From an uncultured Acidobacteriota bacterium (GTDB taxonomy: Bacteria; Actinomycetota; Acidimicrobiia; Spongiisociales; ZC4RG35): a stretch of DNA of 64,000 nt. Positions 47,967-56,920 of this stretch are shown here, one piece after another. Position 1 is the first letter of the stretch, and every line of letters begins with the position of its first letter. Both the position numbers and the translations under genes were made by a program. The DNA lies in NCBI GenBank assembly GCA_963746905.1, contig CAVVCY010000003.1, positions 1,031,296 through 1,095,295 on the forward strand, given 5' to 3'. The notes under the pieces were generated by a model, which saw only the letters and a list, made by a program, of their open reading frames with translations, made no database searches and was not told where the DNA came from.

Positions 47967-48275
47967 TCAGTCGCTGGAAGCGGAGGGGGAGGGCACGGTT
48001 GACTTCGACGGCTCTTTTACCGAGGTTCCGGAGCCATCCTTGGACTTGGATGTGTCCTTGGACTTGGAGCCTTCACTGTTCTTCGAGGTGCTGGAAGCGG
48101 CGCGAGCATCGGTGCTGTAGAAGCCGGGGCCTTTGAAGACGATCCCCCGTGCATGGAAGACCTTTTGGAGGTCGCCGCCACATGTGTCATGGCGACGCAG
48201 AGGCTTGTCCGAGAAGGACTGGAACTTTTCGACCGTGGCGCCGCACGACTTGCAGACGTATTCGTAGGTAGGCAT
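47967..48275 (-). CDS. FmdB family zinc-ribbon protein
   Basis: MPTYEYVCKSCG, CGG, GIVFKGPGFYSTD, Ser/Lys-rich tail. Confidence 0.9.
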   Translation of the reverse strand: MPTYEYVCKSCGATVEKFQSFSDKPLRRHDTCGGDLQKVFHARGIVFKGPGFYSTDARAASSTSKNSEGSKSKDTSKSKDGSGTSVKEPSKSTVPSPSASSD

Positions 48276-48366
48276 CGAAATCTGACCGCTGGGAAAGGGT
48301 GAGACGCGATCGTACAACCGGCGACCGCGCACTTCCATTCCGACCCCGGGCAATATGATCGCCTAG

Positions 48367-48975
48367 ATGACACCCGCTCTGGCGATCCCTGTGGCCCTGA
48401 TAGCGGCCTATGTCGTCGGAAGCATCGACTTCGCAGTGATCGTTGCCCGGATGCATGGCGTCGACATCCACGAGGCCGGGAGCGGCAACCCGGGAACTAC
48501 GAATGTGCTCCGTACCCTGGGTCGCCTTCCAGCCGCGATGGTGTTCATCGGGGACATGCTCAAGGGCACGGTGGGGGCGGCGATGGGGATGATCGCGTCG
48601 GGCGTATCCAACCCCATGGGACCGTGGGCGTTTGCCGCCGGCTTCGCGGCTGTCGTCGGCCACTGCTATCCGATCTTTCACAAGTTCAAGGGCGGCAAAG
48701 GGGTGGCCACGGGTGCTGGCGTGCTTCTGTTCACCGTGCCCATTGCTGCTGTGATCGAGGTGGCCGTTTGGGGGATCATCGTGAAGCTGACGAAGACGGC
48801 GTCGATAGCTTCCCTCGTGATCATGGTCGTGACCGTCCCGATTCTGATCTGGCAGGGTGTCCCCGGGGCTTCTCTGATCTGGGTCGCCCTGACCATCGCC
48901 CTCATCGTCTGGCGGCATCGAGGAAACATCCAACGCATGGTTTCTGGCAGAGAGCACAAGGTGACCAGCACATGA
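48367..48975 (+). CDS. plsY: Glycerol-3-phosphate acyltransferase PlsY
   Basis: GSGNPGTTNVLR, GHCYPIF..KGGKGVATG, RHRGNIQR. Confidence 0.93.
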   Translation: MTPALAIPVALIAAYVVGSIDFAVIVARMHGVDIHEAGSGNPGTTNVLRTLGRLPAAMVFIGDMLKGTVGAAMGMIASGVSNPMGPWAFAAGFAAVVGHCYPIFHKFKGGKGVATGAGVLLFTVPIAAVIEVAVWGIIVKLTKTASIASLVIMVVTVPILIWQGVPGASLIWVALTIALIVWRHRGNIQRMVSGREHKVTST

Positions 48976-49787
48976 CCATCGATGTCGCAGTGATCCCGGC
49001 GGCGGGGCGGGGAACCCGGATGCGCCCGGCGACCAGGGTGGTGCCCAAGGCGCTCCTCACGGTGGTCGACCGCCCGGCGATCCAATACGCAGTGGAGGAG
49101 GCGGCGCGGGCCGGTGCCAAGGAGGCGGTGGTGATCGTCGACCTCGACGTCGGCCATCTGGTGGCCCAGCATTTCAGCCTCGAGGGACCACTCCCCGGCT
49201 TGGAGGAGATCCACCTTCGCCCGGTCGTCCAGGAGGAGCCGCTGGGCCTCGGCCACGCGGTGAATGAGGCGGCCGATGTTGTTGGGGATCGACCCTTCTA
49301 CGTCCTCCTCGCGGACAACATTGTTCGTCCCGGCGTGGACGTCCTTGCCGCGTTGTCGGCGGGTAGCAACGAAGGATCGGTGTCCGTGGTCTGCCTCCGC
49401 GAGCTCGCCGATGAGTTCCTGTCGAAGTACGGGGTAGTGGTGCCCTCGTCGCCGGTGGAGGAGAGCTATCTCATGCTCGGCGGGGCGGTGGAGAAGCCCG
49501 GGATCGAGGAGGCACCGTCCCGGCTCGGGATGGTTGGCCGATACCTGTTCACGCCGGAGGTCTTCGGCCTCCTCGACAAGACGGCCCCCGGTACCGGGGG
49601 CGAGATCCAACTGACCGATGCGATCGACGGATTGGGAAAGGCGGGCCGCCTGCGAGGCTACGTAGCGGGGCTGGACCTCCTCGATGTGGGCACCCCGCTC
49701 GGCCTTCTCGAGGCCTCGGTGGTCCTGGGGAAGGACCAATTCGGGGAGGAGTTCATCACCTGGCTGGAGGATCGGCCGGGAACGTGA
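48972..49787 (+). CDS. galU: UTP-glucose-1-phosphate uridylyltransferase
   Basis: IPAAGRGTRMRPAT..PKALL, QEEPLGLGHAV, GEIQLTDA. Confidence 0.9.
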   Translation: MTIDVAVIPAAGRGTRMRPATRVVPKALLTVVDRPAIQYAVEEAARAGAKEAVVIVDLDVGHLVAQHFSLEGPLPGLEEIHLRPVVQEEPLGLGHAVNEAADVVGDRPFYVLLADNIVRPGVDVLAALSAGSNEGSVSVVCLRELADEFLSKYGVVVPSSPVEESYLMLGGAVEKPGIEEAPSRLGMVGRYLFTPEVFGLLDKTAPGTGGEIQLTDAIDGLGKAGRLRGYVAGLDLLDVGTPLGLLEASVVLGKDQFGEEFITWLEDRPGT

Positions 49788-51014
49788 GACCTCTCGAAGA
49801 GGCCCGCGCCGAGGTCTTGCACTCGGTCCAGGTGCTGGATACCGAGCCGGTCTCGATATGGGATGCCTCTGGCAGGGTCCTTGCCGCCGATGTGATTGCC
49901 GCCGAGAACGTTCCTCCCTTCCACAACTCGGCGATGGACGGTTACGCGGTGCTCGGCGTCGACGTGGCTCGGCCCGGAGCCGTGCTCGATGTCATCGGTG
50001 ATCTCGCCGCGGGCTTTGTGACAGAAAGACGGGTCGGTCCCGGCCAGGCACTGAAGATCATGACCGGCGCCCCCATGCCAGAAGGCGCCGACACGATTGT
50101 GAAGATCGAGGACACCGACGGTGGCACCGATCGGGTGACCATTGCCCCCGCGGTGGACGTCGGGACCTCGGTGCGGGCTGCCGGGGGCGACGTCCCCCTC
50201 GGGAGCCTGGTGTTCGAAGCCGGGACCAGGCTCACTCCGATGCATGTCGGAGTGCTGGCGACGATTGGTGTCGCCACCCCCACAGTCCGGCGACGTCCTC
50301 GGGTCGCTTTCATGTCAACCGGTGACGAGCTCGTTCCCCCCGGAGGGGGCCCACTCGCCCCCGGGTTGATCCGTGATTCGAACCGGCCGATGTTGAAGGC
50401 CCTTCTCGAGGATGCCGGGGCCGATCTGATCGACCTCGGGATCATTCCCGACAACGACGACGCCTTGCGGGAGGCACTGGAGACCGGTTCCTCCTCAGAC
50501 GTGATCGTGTCCACGGGCGGCGTCTCGATGGGGGACTACGACGTGACCAAGAAGGTGCTCCAGGGCAGCTCATCGGTCGGGTTCTGGCAGGTGGCGATCC
50601 AGCCAGCCAAGCCATTTGCATTCGGAAGGGTCGGCGACGCGCTCGTTCTTCGGCCTACCCGGCAATCCGGTGTCGGTCCTGGTGTCATTCGAGCAGTTCC
50701 TGCGCCCTGCTCTCCTCAGGATGCAAGGTGCGGGCAGAGTTCTCCGGGATCAGACTGCAGCTATCGCCGGCGAGCGATTCGACACCGATCCCGAAAAGAC
50801 TGTCTTCGTGAGGGTGCGAATCGCCGATCAGGGCCCAACCGCCCCGGTTGTCGTGTCGTCGGGAGGCCAGTTGTCCAACATCCTTTCGGCAGCTGCGGCC
50901 GCTGACGCTTTTGCGGTGGTTCCCCGTGGAGTCGCTGTGGTAGCCGAAGGAGAGGCCGTGGTCATCGAGCGGTTCAAATCACCAGAGACGAGGGAGTGGA
51001 CGGATGGGATCTGA
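49784..51014 (+). CDS. moeA: Molybdopterin molybdenumtransferase MoeA (frameshift near 50645)
   Basis: SAMDGYA, IMTGAPMP, STGDEL, TGGVSMGDYD, then FGLPGNPVS and GQLSNILS. Confidence 0.88.
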
Positions 51015-51492
51015 GGGCGATCTGACGCACCTGAACGAATCGGGTGAAGTCCACATGGTCGATGTCGGGGACAAAGACGAGACCCATCGCGAGGCGGTCG
51101 CCGAAGCCCACGTCGTCATGTCAGAGGGGTTGGTTTCGCGGTTCTTCGCCGGTGACCTGCCCAAAGGGGAGGCGGCGGCCGTCGCCCGGATTGCGGGGAT
51201 CGCGGCTGCCAAGAAGACTCCTGATCTCATCCCGTTGTGCCATCCCATCCCCCTCGGTGGGGTCGAAATCGACTTGAAGCCGAGTGGGCATGGAATTCAG
51301 GTGGTTGCTACCGTTTCCACTTGGGGGCGCACTGGTGTCGAGATGGAGGCGATGACGGCGGCGTCGGTCGCAGCCCTCACCATCTACGACATGGTCAAGG
51401 GCGTGGAGCGCGGAGTGACCGTGGATTCGGTGAGACTGATGAAGAAGTCCGGAGGAAGGTCCGGTCTGTGGGAGAGGGATTTGAGTCGTTGA
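51004..51492 (+). CDS. moaC: Cyclic pyranopterin monophosphate synthase MoaC
   Basis: HMVDVGDK, LIPLCHP, TGVEMEAMT, IYDMVK, KSGG. Confidence 0.93.
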   Translation: MGSEGDLTHLNESGEVHMVDVGDKDETHREAVAEAHVVMSEGLVSRFFAGDLPKGEAAAVARIAGIAAAKKTPDLIPLCHPIPLGGVEIDLKPSGHGIQVVATVSTWGRTGVEMEAMTAASVAALTIYDMVKGVERGVTVDSVRLMKKSGGRSGLWERDLSR

Positions 51493-51545
51493 TTGGGACA
51501 AGGTCTCCCCACTACGCTCACCCTTGGACGGAGTGAACGCGGGGT

Positions 51546-51983
51546 ATGCAAACAAGCGTCATCATTGGCCTGCTGGTAATAGCCGCAATATGGAGCGTCT
51601 ACCTTCTCCCATCGGTATTTGGCAACCGCCAAAACACCCCCCTCAACTCCACTGAAGAGTTCGATCGCTGGACCCATCTCATTGCCGACGTCCAAAAACG
51701 GCCATACGGCAAGGGGGACGTCGGGCACCGCGACATCATCAGGCTTCGTCAGCGACGGACCATGGCGCTCCTCATCACACTCGCCCTGGGGACAGCAGCC
51801 CTTGCTTGGTGGCAGAACTCGTTGCCGCTCTTGTTGGTCCACCTTTTCGTCGACTCGTTGATAGCCCTGTACGTGGCCGCACTGGCGCAAATGAAGCAGC
51901 GTCGACAGTGGCGTCTCAAGGTGAGTCATGTTTCCGAGCGGCCCGAGTGGGAGGAACCGCAGGTTCGGGTCATCGCCAACTGA
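51546..51983 (+). CDS. Membrane protein, SepX/GlpR-like by synteny
   Basis: N-terminal TM (IWSVYLLP), RQRRT followed by two TMs; same position as Rv0996-type genes. Confidence 0.5.
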   Translation: MQTSVIIGLLVIAAIWSVYLLPSVFGNRQNTPLNSTEEFDRWTHLIADVQKRPYGKGDVGHRDIIRLRQRRTMALLITLALGTAALAWWQNSLPLLLVHLFVDSLIALYVAALAQMKQRRQWRLKVSHVSERPEWEEPQVRVIAN

Positions 51984-51987
51984 CGCG

Positions 51988-52599
51988 ATGGGATTGAACT
52001 TCGCAGACGATGCTCGGTCGGTTCTCGACGAGCGGTTCACAGCTCGAGAGAAGGGCTATTCCGGCTCCCGTCAGGTGATCAGGGCTTGTGCCAATGCGAT
52101 CCGGGCCCTGCACCGCGGGGAATGGGAGTCGGCCCGTGAGCTGATCGAACAGGCGGGTTCGCAGCTGGCCGAGATCATGGCGACACTCGCTGGCCACCCC
52201 GACGTCCTCCACGCCGGCTTTGTCTGGGATGCGGCGAAGGAATACGCCGAGGCGAGGATCACGGAGGCGCTTTTCAAAGACGAGCCGGTTCCGAGCTTCG
52301 TCGAACTCGGCATCGATCCGGTGCCCTACCTCAATGGTCTGGGCGAAGCCGTCGGTGAGATGCGCCGTCGGATGTTGGATCTGTTGCGGGACGGCGATGT
52401 CGACGGTGCGGACAAGGCGCTCCAGGCGATGGACGAGATCGTCGATCTGCTGGCATCGATGGACTACCCCGACGGGATGACCTCGGGCCTGCGCCGCACC
52501 ACGGACGTGGCCCGCGCCCTGGTCGAACGCTCCCGTTCCGACCTCACGGCGACCGTCGTCCAGGAACGCCTCCGCCAGGACTTGTCCCGGCTTACCTGA
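51988..52599 (+). CDS. Translin/Trax family protein
   Basis: All-helical; RE..YSGSRQVIR, KEYAEA, YLNGLGEAVGEMRR, LRRTTDVARALVE. Confidence 0.8.
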   Translation: MGLNFADDARSVLDERFTAREKGYSGSRQVIRACANAIRALHRGEWESARELIEQAGSQLAEIMATLAGHPDVLHAGFVWDAAKEYAEARITEALFKDEPVPSFVELGIDPVPYLNGLGEAVGEMRRRMLDLLRDGDVDGADKALQAMDEIVDLLASMDYPDGMTSGLRRTTDVARALVERSRSDLTATVVQERLRQDLSRLT

Positions 52600-52688
52600 G
52601 GTACGTTGCGCCATATGTGGCGCGGAGCCGACAGAGAATGGCGCTCTGGCCCACCAACCACCCGCCGGTACAATCCGGTCTCCCACAA

Positions 52689-52762
52689 GGGGCTGTAGCT
52701 CAGCCTGGCAGAGCACCTCGTTCGCAACGAGGGGGTCACGGGTTCAAATCCCGTCAGCTCCA
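52689..52762 (+). tRNA. tRNA-Ala (anticodon CGC); CCA not encoded
   Basis: GGGGCTG/CAGCTCC acceptor with G3:U70, anticodon arm CCTCG-TTCGCAA-CGAGG, T-loop GGTTCAAATCC; TACAAT -10 box at 52669-52674. Confidence 0.95.
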
Positions 52763-52955
52763 CAATTTCACTCTGTATCAGTTGGGGAAACCCAGATCCT
52801 TGTCCGGCTCCAGCCGTGGGTTTCCGTACCGTGATGACCCTGTAGTTCAGATCAGGTCGCTCTCTCGAGTTCACGCTCTTGCCTTTGCGGCAACCCCGCC
52901 AATCCTCCCGATGTTCCGTGTCACCCGTATTCGGGGTCTGTGGCTACTTATGGTG

Positions 52956-53420
52956 ATGACTGTGATCGACGAGAGGTCGGTTGATGCCTACGCGGCGCAT
53001 GCTGATGGCCTGGTTCGATTCGCCGCCGGGCTTGTGGGTCCATCGGATGCTCAGGACGTCGTGTCGGACGCGATGGCTCGTCTGATGGGTTCTCGTGTGT
53101 GGCCAGAAGCAGAGAATCCGAGGGCGTTGATGTACCGGGCGGTGTTCTACGAGGCCCGCATGTTCGTCCGATCGCAGCGTCGCCGGCTCAGGCGGGAAGC
53201 TCGGGCAGCGGTCGAGGAAGCCTACGACATGCCGAATATTGCTCCTGAGGTTTCCCGGGCAGTGGCGGGTTTGAGTCCCCAACAACGAGCTGTGGTCTTC
53301 TTGACCTATTGGGATGACCTGGATGCGGGTTCGGTAGCCGGCTTGTTGGGGGTGAGCGAAGGGACTGTGCGCAAGCAACTGGCGCGGGCTCGTGATCGTC
53401 TTCGAGAGGTGTTGGGATGA
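52956..53420 (+). CDS. ECF (SigE-like) RNA polymerase sigma factor
   Basis: AQDVVSDAM region 2; LSPQQRAVVFLTYW..VAGLLGVSEGTVRKQLARARDRL region 4. Confidence 0.85.
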   Translation: MTVIDERSVDAYAAHADGLVRFAAGLVGPSDAQDVVSDAMARLMGSRVWPEAENPRALMYRAVFYEARMFVRSQRRRLRREARAAVEEAYDMPNIAPEVSRAVAGLSPQQRAVVFLTYWDDLDAGSVAGLLGVSEGTVRKQLARARDRLREVLG

Positions 53421-54691
53421 GTGTTCTCGACGACCGGATAAGAGATGTGGTTCGTACGATCGGAGAGTCGGCGCCGAACCCGCCCGCTCTTCGCCAGGAT
53501 ACGATCCGCACACCGCTCGCGGGGCGTCGGATACGTGGACCACTACTGGCGGTTGTCTCTTTCGTGGTTGTTATCGGTGTGTTTGTCGGAGCCGGCTTCT
53601 TGTTCGGCGGCCAGAATCAGACTCCGGCTACGAATGCGACCCAGCCTTCAACGCCGGACGTGACCCAGCCTGCAACGACCAACCCTTCCGGGCCGACAAC
53701 GTCGCCGCCTTCCGAGGCGAAGATCGCTGAGCTTCTGAACGGATTCCTCGAGGCCCGAGTCGCCGGTGAGGGGGCACAGCAGTACCTGTACGTCCCCGAG
53801 GAGGACATTCCGCTCCTCTACGCGACTACGTCGGGAGCACCGTACGAGCAGGCCGAGTTCGAGCCAGTGCCTGACATCGAGTGGCCCTACGGTTTCATGG
53901 CGTTCAAGGTTCGGATGTTCGCCGGGGACACGGTGGTCGAACAGCTCTTCTTCATGCCCCACGACGACCCCATACAATTTCCAGCGGACGGCCGCCTTGG
54001 GCTCGAGTATGAGCAGGACGGTTTTGGAACCGACATCGCGCCAACTACCGAGGACGGTCAACCCGTGGCCGTGCCCGTCGACTTCTTCGACGGCGAGATG
54101 ACCATGCAGGCCGCCCACCCTTGGATCTTCGTCGACTACCCATTCGGCCCTCTCGGCCGCATGGTCCCGGAGGGCCCGGATGTGCTGCCGACAACCGACG
54201 GCGGGGAGCGCATCGACTGGGATGAGTTCAGGGTCATGGCCGACCCGACGGCGGGCGGGACGGGTTGTCAAACAGCGAGTCCAGCCGACGCCGAGGCCCT
54301 GGCCGAGAGCATCCGGTCCAACCCCGACCTCGAGGCGACTGCTCCGGTAGCGGTGAGTGTCGGAGGGGCCGAAGCCCTGATGATGGACGTGGTGATCGCC
54401 GCCGGAGCGACTATCAGAGTGGCTGTCGACGAGCAGTTCAACCTCTGCGCCAATGAGCTCCTGAACCCCATCCTCGACCAAGGCGTCGGGTCTTCTATGA
54501 CGGTCGTGAACGATGGCGTCATGAGTGGCCAGGCAACGGGGGAACGGATGCGGCTCTACTTGTTCGACATGCCCGAGGAGTCCTCCATGCGGACCATGGC
54601 CATAGCGATCATCGCGCCGGAGTCACGTTTCGAGAGGGCAGTGAACACAGCGGCACCGATCGTCGACTCCTTCGAGTTCCACGCTCCGTGA
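53417..54691 (+). CDS. Single-pass membrane protein, putative anti-sigma factor
   Basis: Short cytoplasmic N-terminus (LDDRIRD), one TM, Pro/Thr linker, large extracytoplasmic domain; ATGA-coupled to the sigma gene. Confidence 0.6.
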   Translation: MSVLDDRIRDVVRTIGESAPNPPALRQDTIRTPLAGRRIRGPLLAVVSFVVVIGVFVGAGFLFGGQNQTPATNATQPSTPDVTQPATTNPSGPTTSPPSEAKIAELLNGFLEARVAGEGAQQYLYVPEEDIPLLYATTSGAPYEQAEFEPVPDIEWPYGFMAFKVRMFAGDTVVEQLFFMPHDDPIQFPADGRLGLEYEQDGFGTDIAPTTEDGQPVAVPVDFFDGEMTMQAAHPWIFVDYPFGPLGRMVPEGPDVLPTTDGGERIDWDEFRVMADPTAGGTGCQTASPADAEALAESIRSNPDLEATAPVAVSVGGAEALMMDVVIAAGATIRVAVDEQFNLCANELLNPILDQGVGSSMTVVNDGVMSGQATGERMRLYLFDMPEESSMRTMAIAIIAPESRFERAVNTAAPIVDSFEFHAP

Positions 54692-54731
54692 TGGAGACGG
54701 AATCGGGGGAGGAGATCCCGGAGGACGTCGA

Positions 54732-56102
54732 ATGACGATGAGATTGAGACCGGCGGGACCCGTGGTGGCTCTGCTCGTCATGACAGCGTGCACGAGCGGG
54801 GGAGCTGTAGCAACGACAGAATCGACAATGAGCAGTGCGCCTACGACCATTGCACCCAGCACGACGCAAGACCCGAACGTTGTGCCCACTGTCGGGCCGG
54901 ACTCGAGCGTTGTGCCCACCATCGAACCGGACCCGACCGGTCTGCCGACCAACGGGTGGATTGCGGTTGGCGAGGGAGGCGACATCTGGCTGGTCTCCCT
55001 CGACCAAGAGCCGCGTCGGGTCATTGGCACCGACACGGACTCGGTCGACGAGCTCTGTCCCGCCTTTTCGCCGGATGGGCGCAGACTGGCCTATGGGCGC
55101 TGGGAGGGCGAGAGTGTCGCGCTCGCGGTCGTTGATGTGGACGCCGATGGACGGGTCTCCGACCCGGTCACCATCGAGGTGGGCGACGGGCTGCCGGCAC
55201 CATGTCCACTCTGGTCCGCAGACGGCAGTCAGATCGCGTTCGAAGTCGCACTCACCGACCCCGGCAACACCACCACATCAGCTGCCGGCAGCGAAGTCCG
55301 GATCGTCACCTTGTCCGACAACAGTGTCACCGTTCTCCCGGACCTGCTGGCCACGGACCTCGAGTGGTCGCCCGATGGCAACCTGTTGGCCATCGTCAGC
55401 GGTTTCGACGGTGTCGACCCCGACGGCAACAGTCTCCGCGACGGCCGGATCTACCTGTACTCCCCGGCGTCGGGGACGATCCGGTCCATCGACGCCACCC
55501 TCGGGGCCACGAATCTGACTTGGTCGCCCGACGGCGGGCACATCGCCTACCACACCGGAGACTCGGCTCACGAGCTACGGGTCATCGACATCGACACCGA
55601 GCAGCAGGAGACGCTTGCCTCATACGATGACTTCTACGGGATTGGACCGGTGTGGTCACCCGATGGCGAGTGGATCCTCTACCAACGATGCTTGGGTTCC
55701 TGCGGTTTTTCGACACATGAATTGGTCCTGCTTTCGGTGGGTGATTCAGAAGACGGTGCTGAGAAATCCGGGGAAGTCGTCATCCGCCCCTTCATCGAAA
55801 CACTCTATGGCACATGTCGCTTGATCCCACGCGGGGTGACGTGGTCACCCGACGGCCGGTATCTGCTCCACAACGGTGAATTTTTCAGAGGGGGGTGCGG
55901 AAGCAACCTGACGTTCTTGGCAACTGTTCCTATCGACCTCGAGATGATCCACTCGGCGTTGATGAAGTCCGATGGTGAGCTCGAGGTGGATTTGGCGGCG
56001 GCGAAGCTGACCGAGCCGGACCTGGGCGACTCCGACGGCCGCTATGACGCGAGATCGCTGGTCGTCCCAATCCAAAACTGGGGAATCCGACCACAAGAAT
56101 GA
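54732..56102 (+). CDS. Lipoprotein with TolB/PD40-like beta-propeller repeats
   Basis: Lipobox MTAC; FSPDG, WSADG and four WSPDG repeats. Confidence 0.75.
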   Translation: MTMRLRPAGPVVALLVMTACTSGGAVATTESTMSSAPTTIAPSTTQDPNVVPTVGPDSSVVPTIEPDPTGLPTNGWIAVGEGGDIWLVSLDQEPRRVIGTDTDSVDELCPAFSPDGRRLAYGRWEGESVALAVVDVDADGRVSDPVTIEVGDGLPAPCPLWSADGSQIAFEVALTDPGNTTTSAAGSEVRIVTLSDNSVTVLPDLLATDLEWSPDGNLLAIVSGFDGVDPDGNSLRDGRIYLYSPASGTIRSIDATLGATNLTWSPDGGHIAYHTGDSAHELRVIDIDTEQQETLASYDDFYGIGPVWSPDGEWILYQRCLGSCGFSTHELVLLSVGDSEDGAEKSGEVVIRPFIETLYGTCRLIPRGVTWSPDGRYLLHNGEFFRGGCGSNLTFLATVPIDLEMIHSALMKSDGELEVDLAAAKLTEPDLGDSDGRYDARSLVVPIQNWGIRPQE

Positions 56103-56143
56103 CGCAACGAGGGGGTCACGGGTTCAAATCCCGTCAGCTCCAC
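56103..56143 (+). repeat. attR-like copy of the tRNA-Ala 3' end
   Basis: CGCAACGAGGGGGTCACGGGTTCAAATCCCGTCAGCTCCAC, identical to 52723-52763. Confidence 0.9.
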
Positions 56144-56180
56144 GGTCTTTGTCTTTGGTGGAGAGGATCAGGAGGACAAC

Positions 56181-56828
56181 ATGATCAAGGTTTTCGTCAA
56201 CGTCGGTATGACCCTCGACGGCTACATGGTGCCGGAGGGGATGGATATCGCCCATGCCGACGATCCCGAGTATCTGGGTTGGATGGCAAGGTGGTCCCAG
56301 CTTCATGACTGGATTCTTCATCAGGAGTTTTTCAGGCAGAACTTGGAGCTGGGCGGGGGTGGCGAGACCGGCGTGGACAACGACATCGTGCGCAGGACCT
56401 TCGAGCGCACCGGTGTGAGCATCATGGGCAAGCGGATGTTCGAATTAGGTGAGCGGATGTGGCCCGAGGAGGCACCCTTCCACACGCCGGTGTTCGTGCT
56501 CACCCACGAGGTTCGTGAGCCATGGGTCCGTCCAGGCGGCACCACCTTCTACTTCGTCAACGATGGGATAGAAAGTGCCCTCGAGCAGGCACGTGAGGTG
56601 TCGGGCGAACGCGACATCCGGATCTCCGGAGGTTCCAACACCATCGTCCAGTATCTCAACGCCGGTCTCATCGACGAGCTGGCCATCGATGTGGCGCCAG
56701 TGGTGTTCGGCGGCGGCACACTGCTGTTTGACGGCCTCGACAGCGACCGAATCGAAATCGAGATCGCGGAGGCAATTCACTCGCCACTCGTCACCCATCT
56801 TCTCTACCACGTCCATGGCAAGAATTGA
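56181..56828 (+). CDS. Dihydrofolate reductase/RibD C-terminal domain family protein
   Basis: MTLDGY, IMGKRMF, PVFVLTH, ISGGS, IDEL..DVAPVVFGGG. Confidence 0.85.
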   Translation: MIKVFVNVGMTLDGYMVPEGMDIAHADDPEYLGWMARWSQLHDWILHQEFFRQNLELGGGGETGVDNDIVRRTFERTGVSIMGKRMFELGERMWPEEAPFHTPVFVLTHEVREPWVRPGGTTFYFVNDGIESALEQAREVSGERDIRISGGSNTIVQYLNAGLIDELAIDVAPVVFGGGTLLFDGLDSDRIEIEIAEAIHSPLVTHLLYHVHGKN

Positions 56829-56920
56829 GGAAGCGGGCGACCCGGCGACAATTGACCATGGTGAAATGACATAGGGCTGCTGAGTACGCTGCACGAATTC
56901 CCGATCACCCAGGTGGCTCC

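Larger units (their letters stand above)
52723..56143. mobile_element. tRNA-Ala-integrated genomic islet (no integrase inside)
   Basis: Identical 41-bp direct repeat at 52723-52763 and 56103-56143. Confidence 0.8.

Noticed and set aside
52464-52874. Minus-strand ORF ending through the tRNA (VELTGFEPVTPSLRT) as an integrase remnant
   Set aside because: That peptide is the usual antisense translation of a tRNA; no recombinase motifs are visible in 52764-52950
54870-54940. 30-bp tandem repeat as a CRISPR or VNTR
   Set aside because: Two degenerate in-frame copies encoding a Pro/Thr lipoprotein linker; no spacers and no cas genes
56103-56143. Second tRNA-Ala gene
   Set aside because: Only the 3' 41 nt are present; the D-arm and 5' acceptor strand are missing, so it is an att repeat
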